A stretch of DNA of 64,000 nt from the human T2T-CHM13v2.0 reference genome, Homo sapiens. Below, one piece after another: positions 12,950-26,329 of this stretch (position 1 is its first letter; every line of letters starts with the position of its first letter). The position numbers and the translations under genes were made by a program. The stretch lies in the NCBI RefSeq assembly GCF_009914755.1, contig NC_060929.1; one strand, 5' to 3'. The notes beneath the pieces are model-generated. The model ran no database searches. It saw only the letters and a program-made list of their open reading frames with translations, and was not told where the DNA came from.

Positions 12950-14100
12950 CATGAGCAGGGGATTAGGGTGGTTCTAAAGGTGTCACATCTGTCTACTCAT
13001 CTGGCTGCATCTGCTTTCAGAAAAAAATGTCCTCTCCTCTTCTGCCTCCCAAATCTTGAGAAAGTGGCTGCATTGGAAAACACTAACCCAGGTCCATACA
13101 AGGACAGGATTCTGGGAAATGTACCTCTTAGATTCTTCTCTATGATGCCTAAGACACTAAAGAGGGTCTGATAGTCATGCTAGGATGGTAAGAGAAAACT
13201 CAGCATAGCTTGTCAGGTGTGAATCCACACACAAATTTTACTCATATTCAAGGTCCCTAATAAAGACAATAGCAATGTATTGCAACCACCTAATATGGTA
13301 TAAGTACTGTTCACATAACTAAAGACCGATTGCTGCAAAAAACAATGCAAACACCCCCATATCACACTTTACCCATCCTGGAGGAATTTTTTTTTTAATT
13401 TAGCCACAAACCTCTTTCAAACTCTGCCATTAGATGATATTTAATAGTAACTATAAATATGTTTAACCACTATTAATGTAAGCACTTTAGATGGCAGAGT
13501 AATAGGAACAAGAAAAAAAGTGCTTGTAAAGACACCTAACTCTTCCAGTCCTCATTCACTCATACCTTTTGCAAAATCTGGTCAAATGGTCAAATTTTGG
13601 TACTTGCCATTTCATTCTTCTGCTACCTATTCCATATTCTTTTTGCCTTTACCCACAATTCACCTGACAGGTAAATCATTGAGAACCAGACTTCAATTAT
13701 TAGAGAGTCTAAAGTATCAGTAATCACACCTGCATGTGTTAGTGATCTATTTTACTAGACATGAAATTACTACTTGCTACTCGTCCCCCAATGAATCCTC
13801 AGTCCAGAGTAAATTCATATATAATCTCAGTGTGTGATAGTAAACCAATTCCCACCCCTCTAATAGTCAGAATCAAATGTTACAATTAATTCAGTCATCT
13901 CCTTTATTTTCCTTTTCGTTGAGTGGCACAAAAGCACTAATTGTCCATGTGGCAATGTCAACTTCCAGTTCTGTGAGCACTTTTTGTGTCCCCTGGTGAC
14001 AGCTCTTCTTCTTTGGGAGCTAAGACACCTAAATCAGCAAATCCCAATGTCTCATACAAGTGATTCTGAAGTAACTCATGCCTTGGTCAACATGTAGTAA
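12950..14100 (-). mobile_element. Decayed ERVL-class internal fragment with dUTPase-like remnant (about 13830-14040), plus probable LTR remnant on the left
   Basis: Minus-strand translation ADLGVLAPKEEELSPGDT / NWKLTLPHGQLVLL / TFDSDY*RVGIGLLSH resembles the ERVL dUTPase (AGLEVLVPEGGMLPPGDT..NWKLRLPPGHFGLL..VIDPDYQ); gattctgggaaatgta near 13110 is typical of old ERVL LTRs; boundaries approximate. Confidence 0.7.
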
Positions 14101-14937
14101 TAAGGACGAGAAATAACCCCAGATAAAGAGGAATCGTGTTCTAACATCATCATCAGAGAGTGTCAGTTAACTCCTCACAAATACATTCAAACTTTAAAAT
14201 ACAAACTATCAAATATGACTGCGGATGTGATACAAAACTTAAAACAATGGGAGTGAAAATAATCAATAAAAAAGCTAGCCGAAAGAAAATAATTCATCTG
14301 ACCTATTTTTAGAAAAGTGGAATGGAGCGGTAAGAACATCATTAGCATCCAGTCTTTGAGAACCACCCGCTTCCCCACTGCTCGCGGAGATAGTCGGTAG
14401 AGGATGCCGTGAGATGCTTGTGAAGTGCAGTATCTTTTTCAAGAGAATTTGAGAACTTCTTTTTTTGACTTCCCATAATAGATATAATTAATATCTTGGA
14501 TATAAACTCGATAGCAATTAAAGTTTATTCTCATTCATCCTTGCACCTATATCTGCTCTGGAAAGGGGATTCACGTGCCTTCATTGGATTCTCTCACAGA
14601 GAATTCTAATGATGTACTCTTAAATGCCTGCATCTCCTACCTGAAATAGCCCAGCCTAAATCGCCAAATTCACCTTGTGCTTAAGTATGATATGAACACA
14701 TTTCCATACTAAATATGTCTCCAACACCCAGCCACGCTTCCAGTTGAAAGCCCTGAATATTATTTTATAGCATTTGAGAAACTTGCCCAAGCTCGCAGCC
14801 TGGATTATTCTTTCTTATGATGATAAAATGCTTTAATATAAATAATTACTATTTTGATCTTTTACAGTCTCCCTGAACACCCTTTTGGAAATTGTTCTCT
14901 CATCTATGTTCTTCTCTCTCATAGAGGACATGCCTTT

Positions 14938-15384
14938 TGTAGTGAGCTAAATGGTGGCACCCAAAAACATATTTTTATATTCTAATCCCCAATGTGAATG
15001 TGAATTCATTTGGGGGAAAAAAGTCTTTACAAATGTAATTAAGTTAAGAATCTAGAGATGAGATCATTCTGCTTTATCCTGGTGATCCCTAAATGCAATG
15101 ACAAGTATCCTTATTAGACAAACACAGGGAAGAGAAGAGATCCATGAGAAGATGGAGACAGAAACTGGAGTTATGCAGCCACAATCTAAGGAAGACCTGG
15201 AACCACCAGAAACTGCAAGAGTCAAGGAAGGGTTCTCCCATAGAGCCTCTGGAAAGAACCTGGCCTTGGCCAACCTTGATTCCAGACTTCTGGCCTTCAG
15301 AATGGTAAAATAATAAATTTCTGTTGTTTTACGCTGTAGAGTTTGTGGTAAATTGTTGTGGCAGCCCTAATAAAAGTAATATAC
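14938..15384 (+). mobile_element. MLT1C/D MaLR solo LTR
   Basis: tgtagtgagctaaatggtggc...gtaattaagttaagaatctagagatgagatcattc...cagacttctggccttcagaa...aataaatttctgttgtttta. Confidence 0.9.
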
Positions 15385-15424
15385 CATTTCTTGTTCTTTT
15401 CTGTCAATGAACAAAATGTCCTAC

Positions 15425-16106
15425 TATTACCGGGGATACTGCCTTGGGGTGGACCCTTCAACAGAGGAGATCAACAAAGCTGGAGCTTTTGGACCAGCAA
15501 TCTCTGTTCCTGTGATAGTGAGCAAAGAATTACAAACTAGCACCAAAATGCAAGCATAAAGCAAAGTTTATTGAAGTATAGTAATACATTCTCAAAGGGA
15601 GAGCAGGCTGATTTCTGTGAAGTGAAATCAGCAACTCTTTATAGAGCTCAGGGTGTTAATACTTTTATGGGGTTTGTGGGGAGGAGTTGAAGCTTGGGCC
15701 ATGTTTGAGTGACAGGATGATGTCATTTGATTGGTAGTTTATGTTACATAACTAAAATTAAACTGTTCGCATTTTTACCCATAATTTGTTAATAAAAGTC
15801 TACTCAGGGATTGAAAACCACATGTAAATTTTATTAAATGACTGTGTAATGAGGATGGAGTTACCCAGGGTTACGGCCTAGATGGACTGGGCATGTGCCA
15901 CTGTACGGGATTTTTATCTGTGCCTCAGTTTTTCTTTCTCCAGGATGTGCTGGCCACAGACTTTACCACAAACTCCATCCATTAGGGTGGAGTTTGGGCG
16001 GTCTTGGTGCTGAACTTAACGTGGGCCAGGGCCTGTCTTAGTGACAGGCCTTCCGTTCTTTCTCTTACCTCCTCCCATCTACTAACGTCAGTCTAACTAG
16101 CTAACA
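15425..16106 (-). mobile_element. ERV1-class solo LTR (subfamily not resolved)
   Basis: tattacc...ctaaca termini flanked by 4-bp TSD CTAC (15421-15424 and 16107-16110); antisense polyA signal tttattg near 15567. Confidence 0.8.
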
Positions 16107-18424
16107 CTACTATTTTTCATTTACTCGCTTATTTTCTGACTACCCTGTGCCATCTCTCCTAAATGAGGAGAAACATGTATTCTACATAAATTATAGACTC
16201 AATAGGTACTTGTTGTCTTTATTAATATTGATTCATAACTATAAAAATGTTGCAAATTTGTAACCAAAACCCAATGAAGAAATGGAACCCGACTATTCCT
16301 CCCATTAGAGTAATCAATTCTTGGACTTCTAACACCATAGAGTCATTTGGAATGTTCCCATTTTAAAGATGCAGAAACCAAAGCTGCTTTCTTCCGACCC
16401 CACCTCTGTGTTTTCACAGACTTTCAACTATTTCGGGGGCACTGGCAGAAGAAATGAATACTTACTGGCATGGGTCCTGAACATTATGGAGGTGAAATGG
16501 AGAGGGGAAGGGCATATAGATTTAACTGAGTTATTGTGAAATAGATCAGTTGGGAAGGTGTTAAACTGAAATTTAAAGTTCCTTTCTTTGTTTTCAGATT
16601 TCACTGAGACCCTTCATCAGTCTGGCCTGTTGGGCTTCCCTTATGTCACTCCGAATGTCCACATCTCCTTAGCCCTAGCCATCATTATGGTCCACACCAA
16701 AGCTCTATCTGTTTGATATAAATGTTAATACTTGATAATGATGTTATAATTTGATAATGATATTATCAAATTAATATTAAGTTATTTAGGCAATATAAAT
16801 GTCCAGAGAGGGAATGAACTTCTTAAAAATGTCTCAGGTAATCTTCTAAAAAATCTAGCTAGTTCCTAATTCACATGTGAAACATTCTAGCCCATAATTT
16901 TCCAGTTACCCAATATTAAATCTCAATATTAAATTTCTATCAGATCAATAATTTCAAAGCAAACGATTAAATTTTACATGATAAAACATGAATCCAAACC
17001 TGTTTTTCCAAACAAGTTAGTGAATAACTGTCCAAATTCAAATGGCTGGATTATCAATTCATTGCTCTTAGCCAATTTGTCTCTCTTTTGAAATCCAGGC
17101 CTTTCTTGGCCCCTAGGCAAAGATGGAGCAGCTGTTGATGCAAGGTGTTGTCCAGCTGGGAGAAAATTGAAACTGTTACAGTTTCTGTACTGTCCATGAA
17201 GTTTTTTACATCACAAGAATTAGATAGTCATCTGGAAGAAACTGCAGCAGTGAATTCTAATTTTAAAGAAATATAAATATCTTCTGTAATTTTTCATTTT
17301 TCAACAATAGGATTGTGTACACGTAGCCTTAAAATTTAAGAATATTAATAATTTTTATATTTTGATTTGTTGTGAAAGGATACTAATTTATAACAATTTT
17401 AAGTAAATCCTATTGGTATTTTATAAAATACCATTTTAAAGAGATGACGTTTGATTTTCTATCAAAAATTTAACTATGTTTAGAAAGTAGCAACCCTAAT
17501 GAAGCACAGTCATAGTTATGAAAAATGAAGCACTTAGAACTTTTACTTAGAGTTTAGACAGATTTTTGAGCATGCTTTATTCTTGAGATAAATTATAATA
17601 CTTTCTCCCTAAAGATTATGTAAAATCTGATTATTATATGTAATACATGTTTATTCAGAATTCTTTGTAAACTTTACCTACTTTTAAATGTGATGTATGA
17701 AAAAAAGAATAAAATATACAAAAACATCCAAGGGTTCTTTTAAGTTGCCTTAAGCGTTTAAAACTTTAAGAACATATTCCCCTTCATTTTGCTCACCAAT
17801 TACTCTTTACTAGGAATTAATCCGCTAAAACAGAAAAAGAAATATTAAAGATCCCCAAATTACATAGTATTCAAAGCATTCAAGATTCTGATATTACCTC
17901 TAGGAGCAAGAGATAAAATCAGTTATCTTTTATCATCATAAATAATTCTGTCAGTAAAATCTTTCCCAGAAACTCCCCATCAAAATATCTGGTACAGAAA
18001 TTGCTGTGAATGTGTGTATTTTTTCATATATATATATATATATAAATAATAAAAGAAACTATTTTTTCATTTCTATACTGATTATTAATGGAGGTCATAA
18101 AATATTTATTTTCCAAACTAACAAATTGTCATTTCAAATTTAGGAATTCTTGGAATGAAATATTTTGTTGGTAGAAACAAATGCATGCATGACCCAAAAT
18201 TGGTACTATAATTTATTGAATCTAGAATATTGGATGGTTTAAAATTCATTGTGACAAACATTGCATATGATTAATTTAAAGAAACAGACTGTTTAGTAAT
18301 TCTTCTATAGTTTACATTAGTAGTTCTTAATATGTCATGAAATTATGAAATAGTCATTGTATACTTTACCATCACAAACTCACAGCTGAAAAAGAATCAA
18401 TTTCTCTTAAAAATGTCTTTGATA

Positions 18425-18878
<454 letters not shown>

Positions 18879-20051
18879 TTAGTGATAATTTGAGAAAATT
18901 CTTCCCTCTTGCTTACTTGAAATACTTCTCAGATTTGTTTCATACATACTCTTTCAGAATGAAATCCAATATTTTACCATGAAACACTTTTTAACATGAG
19001 TTTCCTATCTGTTCTTTAACATTTATTTCCTTAACTTTCTAATTGTTTCATTATCCTTTAATCAAGTTATTTCAGGGAGAAAAATAACTTTCACTAGTGA
19101 GTCCTGTACTTACTCTTCTACAGTGCCAATTATTTTTCATTTTTTTAATTGATACTTTGTATCTTTCCAAGTATAAAGTTCAATGACAACTTGTGGATTT
19201 TTCAAATTTAGTTATTATGTATTGACTTCCCAATATGGAAATAAGTATTCGGCTTTCTTATGTCATCACAACTTACTACATGGGTACACTCTTGCCATTG
19301 TTTGAGGCACTCAATATTTTTATCATAGCTTTAAATCAATATGCTGTTTTAACATTTTATCACTAAATTGAATTTAGCCATGTATGCAATCATAATTACC
19401 TTTTCTTTTGTATGCATGATTTGTTTTCTCTGTGTAGTTTTTGTCTTATGTTTGTTCACTTTGCTTGCTCTATTCTTATCACTAGTCCAACCTCACAGAT
19501 GACAAAAACATTCATTTATTATGTGGTAACTAAAAACCTCAGATATTCTATTAGTTTTTTGTCTTAGGGGTATCTCTCAGAGATTGTGATCTGCTTCATT
19601 GTGGACTGGTGCATCACCCAGAATGAGATTTTCCTTCTCCATAATTTTGTAAATTACTTTTCTTATCTTCCAGAGTAAACGTTACATGTCCTGCCTCAAA
19701 TTTCTTACTCCATTATTTTTGGTAAGCTAAAGTTTTCTAACTGTGTACCTCAGATATATATATATATATTCTATCTGGGCACTAGCTAGAGAGTTTGATT
19801 GCGTATAGAATAAGAGATAGGGAGTAATTTTAATGATATTAAGGTTATGGTTGCATTGACTTCTCTTTTTTAATGTTACATTTGAAAAGCCTGGTGCAAT
19901 CCTAATTCTTCATCCTCTATCCCTTTAATACAACTCATTTGCTTAGAAAACTTACAGGGTTTTCTTCTTCTCCTAAGTTTCTTCTAAATTTTCAAAATAA
20001 TGTATCTTCTATTTGAAAAAGTAAACAATAAAGGAATAAGATTCTTTTAAA

Positions 20052-20250
20052 AAATTTAATTTTAATTTAAGTTCCAGGATATATGTGCAGGATGTGCAGG
20101 TTTTTTACATAGGTAAAGGTGTGCCATGGTGGTTTGCTGCACCTATCAACCCATCACCTAGGTATTAAGCCCAGCATGCATTAGCTATTTATCTTGATAC
20201 TTTCCCAAGAAGGCCACAGTGTGCATTGTCCCCCTCACCGTGTCCATATG
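20052..20250 (-). mobile_element. L1PA 3' UTR fragment
   Basis: tttaagttccaggatatatgtgcaggatgtgcagg...gtgccatggtggtttgctgcacctatcaacccatcacctaggtattaagccc. Confidence 0.92.
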
Positions 20251-20406
20251 AATGTAAATCCACTATGTGTTCCTATGCATAGCCTGGCTTTGCCTCTGTT
20301 GAACAAGATAATGGAGAACTGTGCACATGACATGCTGGCCTTTGGCTTTAAGTTTCTCCAGTAAACTCCATTCATTTTATTCTCCCTCCAAAAAATAGTG
20401 GATGTT

Positions 20407-20702
20407 GGTTGGGTGCGATGGCTCATGCCTGTAATCCCAGCCCTTTGGGAGGCCAAGGCAGGTGGATCATGAGGTCTGGAGATCGAGACCATCCTGGCTA
20501 ACATGATGAAATCCCGTCTCTACTAAAAATACAAAAAATTAACTGGGCATGGTGGTGCTTGCCTATAGTCTCAGCTACTCGGGAGGCTGAGGCAGGAGAC
20601 TCGCTTGAACCTGGTGGCAGAGGTTGCAGTGAGCCAAGACTGCGCCATTGCACTCCAGCCTGGGTGACAGTGTGAGACTCCGTCTCAAAGGAAAAAAAAA
20701 AA
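20407..20702 (+). mobile_element. AluSc-type SINE
   Basis: ggatcatgaggtctggagatcgagaccatcctggctaac; full dimer with polyA. Confidence 0.94.
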
Positions 20703-21954
20703 GGTGGGCTTTGTTTTGCTTAATTTCATCAACTTATCCTTCATTGGACATCTTTATCCTAGAAAACCATTTCTTTTATTTCTAGAATTAAAAATTTTTT
20801 TTCATTAAAAATCTCCTTGCAACTTTTTCAGTTTTATTTCTGGAACTTTGATTTCCTGATTATTGGAATTTGTGGACAAGGCCTCTAATATTCTTAAATG
20901 TTATTTTCTATTTTCCATCTCTTTTTATTTTTGCTTTTATTTCCTCAATTTTATTTTTCTTTCCTGTTCTACTGTCCTGCACAAAAATTCTATTAATTTT
21001 TTCTGTTAATTTTTCTTTTTCATTTTTGAGAGTTTTGTTTTCTACATTTTCCCAATTTTTAATAATATACTAATCTTGCTTTATTATTCTAAAATCTTCT
21101 CATATCTTGACAATATTTTTTATTTTAATTTTTCCCTTTCTGTATTGATTTTGTTGCATACCCATTTATTTCTTGTTTTCATCTCTAACTTTCATGGTAG
21201 ATTCTTTCTTAAGATGTCAGCTTGCCTTTGGTATTATTTTCCTAGTTTGCCCTACAGAGTTGAATATTTTGATTGGAAGCCTTCAGTATATGGATATGGC
21301 TTTTAAAATTTGAATTTCATTGTCAGATAACCTGGAAGGATTCATTCATTAGACGTAAGTCATGATTTTTTGTTTTTCCCCTTCATATTTAAAATTTTTA
21401 CAGTGGAATCTCCCAAAAGTTATCTAACTAGAAGAAAAAAACTGTTGGAATCAGCATCCAGATTGCTGATGGTCACTTAATTCCTTTGTTTTTAGTAATT
21501 TATCCTATGGTTTCTTCCCTCAATATAATGAACCTGCAGTCTTTTCCCTAAATATAGAATAGGCAGTTGCTTCTTCTATGCATAAATAATTTAAAATTAT
21601 CAATGCAACTCTACTATATGTTTTTTCATATTATGTATTTCCTTATCACTTTGTTACTTCAAGGTAGTTAAAATTTAACAATACAAATAAATTTTTTCTT
21701 GGAATGATGGCCCAATTATGAATACATAAAGCAAAGCTTGTTCATAATGCTCCAGAATGAAATAAGACCCACTCTCTTGTTGATATTGCACGACAAGAGA
21801 AAAAACGACAATCACTGGAGAAGCAAATTTAAAATAAATTTATATTAAATGTGTGGGAGAAAGATATGGGTGATTATATGCAAATATTTGCTTCAAAGGG
21901 CTTATGGAAAAGCTTAACAAAACATCTTTGTTTCTGTGAAACTTTAACTTTAGT

Positions 21955-22257
21955 GCAAGGGTTTTCAAAAAATGCTGAGTGCCAAACCCAGCTAGCTGCC
22001 TGTTTTATAAATACCATACAGTGTTCCCTGAATTACAATGGGGTTGATGTCCCAATTAACCCATTGTAACATTATAAATAATTCCAAGGACTATCCGTAC
22101 ATATTTGTTAGAAGACAGCTATGCTGTTATTTACAAATTGTCTATGTCTACTTTTGTGCCACAACGGCAGAGTGAAGTATTTATTACACAGATCATACAC
22201 GGATATCAAATCATATAATACTAACTGACTTCTTACAGAAAAATTTGCAGACCCCAC
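21955..22257 (+). mobile_element. MER58A (hAT-Charlie MITE) with nested MER47C
   Basis: gctgcctgttttataaata...ttgtctatgtctacttttgtgccacaacggcagagt...ttacagaaaaatttgcagacccc. Confidence 0.8.
22019..22097 (+). mobile_element. MER47C-like (TcMar-Tigger) mini element
   Basis: ta|cagtgttccctgaattacaatggggttgatgtcccaattaacccattgtaa...caaggactatccg|ta; TA duplication on both sides. Confidence 0.7.
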
Positions 22258-22332
22258 TTTTAATGAAATATCATTGAAAGGAACACTATATCCTTAGTTG
22301 AATATCATGCATATATCAAGATATAAAGATGG

Positions 22333-22628
<296 letters not shown>

Positions 22629-22954
22629 TATATGTAAAGACTGAAATGATATGTAATTTGGCCCTAATAATATTATGGACAATTACTTTAATTATAACAT
22701 AATGTGAAACTTAAATATAAAATTGATAGTGAATATATAGTCTAGCAATATTTTTCGTGAACAATAATTACAAATTGGATCAAAAAAATCTAAAGTTTCT
22801 TGTGGAAGCATTTCAGCTAATAGTCTCAAGTAAATAATTAAATTGGTAATTAGTAGAGAATCATTGTCTTTCCAGAGGCACTCTGTGAACGGAGGGTAGA
22901 CAGACTCCTGCCCAGTAACTCTTAACGACGATTTACTTTCAGAATTGTGTGAGT

Positions 22955-23176
22955 GCCAGCCTGGGCAACATAACGAGACTCCTACTCTACAAAAAAATTT
23001 TAAAAATTAGCTGGGCGTGCTGATGCATGCCTGTAGTACTAGCTGCTCAGGAGACTGGGGTAACAGGGTCCCTTAAGCCCAGAAGTTCAAGGTTACAGTG
23101 AACTATGATTGCATGCCAATCTGCGTGCCAGTCTGGATGACAGAGTGAGACCCTGTCTCTAAGGAAAAAACAAAAG
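22955..23176 (+). mobile_element. 5'-truncated AluJ
   Basis: ccagcctgggcaacataacgagact...gttcaaggttacagtgaactatgattg; degenerate TSD agaattgtgtgagtg / agaagtatgtgggtg. Confidence 0.88.
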
Positions 23177-23787
23177 AAGTATGTGGGTGTTTGTTTTGTG
23201 GCTGTATATGTATGGGTGTGATGATATTGGAGAAGAAAACATTAGTGGCCTATCAATATTGGAACTCTAATTTCTCTGAAAACCTTAATAGTTTACTCAA
23301 CTGTGGCAGATTCACCTAAAACCTATAACTAAACCATTGGAGAATAGTTTCATTGCCTACAATTTCAAGTCAAAAGTAAGCATTAATGGATAGAAAAGTT
23401 AGAGATTGCTTTTAGCATCTTTTAAAATTATTTATTGAACTCATACATAAATATATCTAGCATTAATAGTAGTTACTCAACATTAAAAATAATCTGTGAG
23501 TAATAAAATTGAATGCTTTTCAGAAATTATACATGTTTAGTGTATCAAAATATAAAAGTAATTATTTTTGTAATAAAAGTGAAATGATTTCATACAATTC
23601 TTATTAGTAGACAAAAATAATTATACTACCTTGAAATTTGAATTACTCAGTTTCTGTGTTTTAATACTATAACCAAATAAAATTTCATTCTATTTTATCC
23701 ATTTTATGAATGAAGAAAAATCAGTAACATAAAAAACTACAAAACTTAGTGTGGGTATTAAATTTCTTATCACAGGTGTTTCTTTCC

Positions 23788-24750
23788 TGTCTTAGTTTGT
23801 TCCTGCTGTTACAGCAAAATGCCTTAGACTAGGTAATTTTGAAACAACAGAAATTTGTTTTCTCAGCTCTAGAGGCTGAGAAGTCCAAGATGAAGGCACC
23901 AATAGATTCTGTGTCTGGCGAGGGCCTGCTTTATGGTTCATAGATGGTTGGTTGCCTTCTCGTTGTGTGCTCATATGGAAGAAGACACATCTCTGGGGTT
24001 TCTTTAATAAAAGTGTTAATTATGGAAGGCTCAACTGAATATGAAAGGCTCAACCCCCATGATCTAATTACATCAAAAAGGCCCCACTTCTTAAACAATT
24101 ACCTTGGATGGTAGAATTTCAACATGTGCATTTGGGGCAAAGACAAAAAATCAAGCTATAGCATTCCACCCACAGCCCTCCAAAACTTATGTCCTTCTTA
24201 AATGCAAAATAATACTTTATCCCAGTAACCCAAAATATTAATTCTTTCCTGCATCATCTTTAAAGTCTAACTCTAAAGTATCTTCTAAATATCATCTAAA
24301 TTAGATATGATCGAGACTCAAGGTATGATTCATTCTGAGGCAAATTGCTCTCTAGTTGTGAACATGTGAAATTAAACATGATATGTGCTTCCAAAATATA
24401 ATGGTGGGATAGGCATAGCACAGATATTTGCATTCCAAAAGAGAGAATTAGAAAAGAAGAAAGGAGTAACAGATCCTGAGCAAGTCCAAAGACTAAGATT
24501 CAAAAATTATCTTCTTTCACTCAATGCTCTGCCCTCTAGGTCCACATGGGTAAGGATACCAACTTTAGGACACACTGGAGTTTTTCCAACACACTGCAAC
24601 CCTCACCTTTGGCTGGAAGCAGTGGGACTGACTCCTAAGGCTCTGGGCAGCCCACACTCACCTTTGCTGGGTGGAGCCCATGTGTCTCTCAGGGGTTGGA
24701 GCTGAGTCCTTGTGTCTCTCTTGGGAAGGAATCACATGCCACTGACAGTG
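23788..24750 (-). mobile_element. MLT1A/MST-type MaLR LTR (23788-24162) plus adjoining internal sequence
   Basis: tgtcttagtttgttcctgctg...gaggctgagaagtccaagatgaaggcacc...gctatagca, followed by MaLR-internal ttccacccacagccctcc...gagactcaaggtatgattcattctgaggcaaatt. Confidence 0.88.
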
Positions 24751-26329
24751 AATCTTCCTTAATATTAAAATTCATTGGTGGTTTTTTTATTAGTGCATAG
24801 TCCATTAAAGAAGTGTTGATTAAAGACCCTATAGCCAGAAGCAATTTAAAATATGCCAGGTCCAACAACAATAAATAACTTTGAGGCAATACACAAAGAA
24901 AAATATGTCTTGCTTAAAACCACAAGTTTTTCTATTAATTGTGAAAATTGATTATTAGTATAACAAACTATGCTGTATCTTTCCCCAATCATCAGAAAAA
25001 AAATTTATTGTTTTATCTATATAAATTATGTATTTCTAAAACCATTACTTTTTTCACAAATAACTGCAATATTCACCTAAAAAAAACCAGAGAGACCATA
25101 TTTATGAGATATGCCTACTTGTACAAAAGTAGATAATTCAGGGTTATGTGCTCTAATCAGAAGGGCAATGATAGAAGAAATTATTTGATCATTATGCTTT
25201 TCCTAAAAATAATTCTCCAATAATATGTTTTCACCTTCTTGAAAGAATGTCCAAAATTAATTCTTACATTTCTATTGTGGCCAAATCATTGTAATGGCTT
25301 CTCAGATATTAGGAAGGATGGATACCTTTGGAAATTGGAGGAATCTCCACTGACCCACTCAGAAAACTACAGATTCCTCAGTCCCACAGGACACAGACTA
25401 GAATCTTCTCAGAGGCACCTAGACATGGTATCTCCACTATTCATGCAAGTGGTGTCACTTGGGACCATGGGTGAGTGTCAGAGGCTAAGAAAGTGGGGCA
25501 GGTAAAACCTTACAGAAACTTTTTCTCCATTCATTTCTTGTGGTTTTTCTTCTGACAGGAGTCCTAGCATGAAGTGTATTTCTTCCACTCCCTCCATTTT
25601 GCAGACTAATTATTATGCAGGTCACGTTCCAGTGAGTTCCAAAACCTCAGGAAAAACTGAAAGATTATATTGGCTGTGCAAAAATCTGACTTGAGTATAT
25701 CATGGAGGACTAACACTTGTCTTCCCTGAGGAACAGAAGGTCACCAGGGATTGACTTCACCGAAGTATTATCTGTAAATAGCTTATGGGATAAGAAGAAA
25801 GGAAGAGAATCACTTAGAAGGAAGCTATTGATAAGTCATGAGGCCAGGTTTTGTGCTTTGGGGCTCTGAAATGAAGGTTTCGATGGGGAAACCTCTGAGA
25901 ATGCAATTTTCTTTGGATTCTCCCGAAGGCCAGGTTTGGCTGCAGCTTTGAACTTCCAGACACTTTTATATATGTACTTTCAGTCCAGCTAATTTTTAGG
26001 GCATGAATAAAATATTTCAAATCTTGACTTTTGTGGATTATCAAAATCAATCTTAAGACCTGATTTGCCATTACTTAGGGGTAACATAAAGTTTAATTTT
26101 ATGCTATTTAATATGTTTAATAACTCAGGTGAAGAACGGAGAGGCACAGTCAAGAAAAAAATATTAAAAATTTACAACACAGAAGAAATTTATAGGTTTT
26201 CACTAAAGAGTCATTTCATCCCTTAATGTGATAGTGAGTACTTTCCTTGTATATTTCTTCTAAGAAAAGAAAGCCCATCTTTCCAAAAATTAAAATGATC
26301 ACATTATGGCTATTCTTTATCTTTATTAT

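Larger units (their letters stand above)
19300..21600 (-). mobile_element. Ancient L1M/HAL1-like remnants, interrupted by L1PA and Alu
   Basis: T-rich antisense L1-like tracts, e.g. tttgaaaagcctggtgcaatcctaattctt...ttctaaattttcaaaataatgtatct; boundaries approximate. Confidence 0.5.

Noticed and set aside
16580-16720. Strong + strand acceptor (tttctttgttttcag) as an exon start
   Set aside because: No matching donor or ORF nearby; such tracts are common in AT-rich DNA
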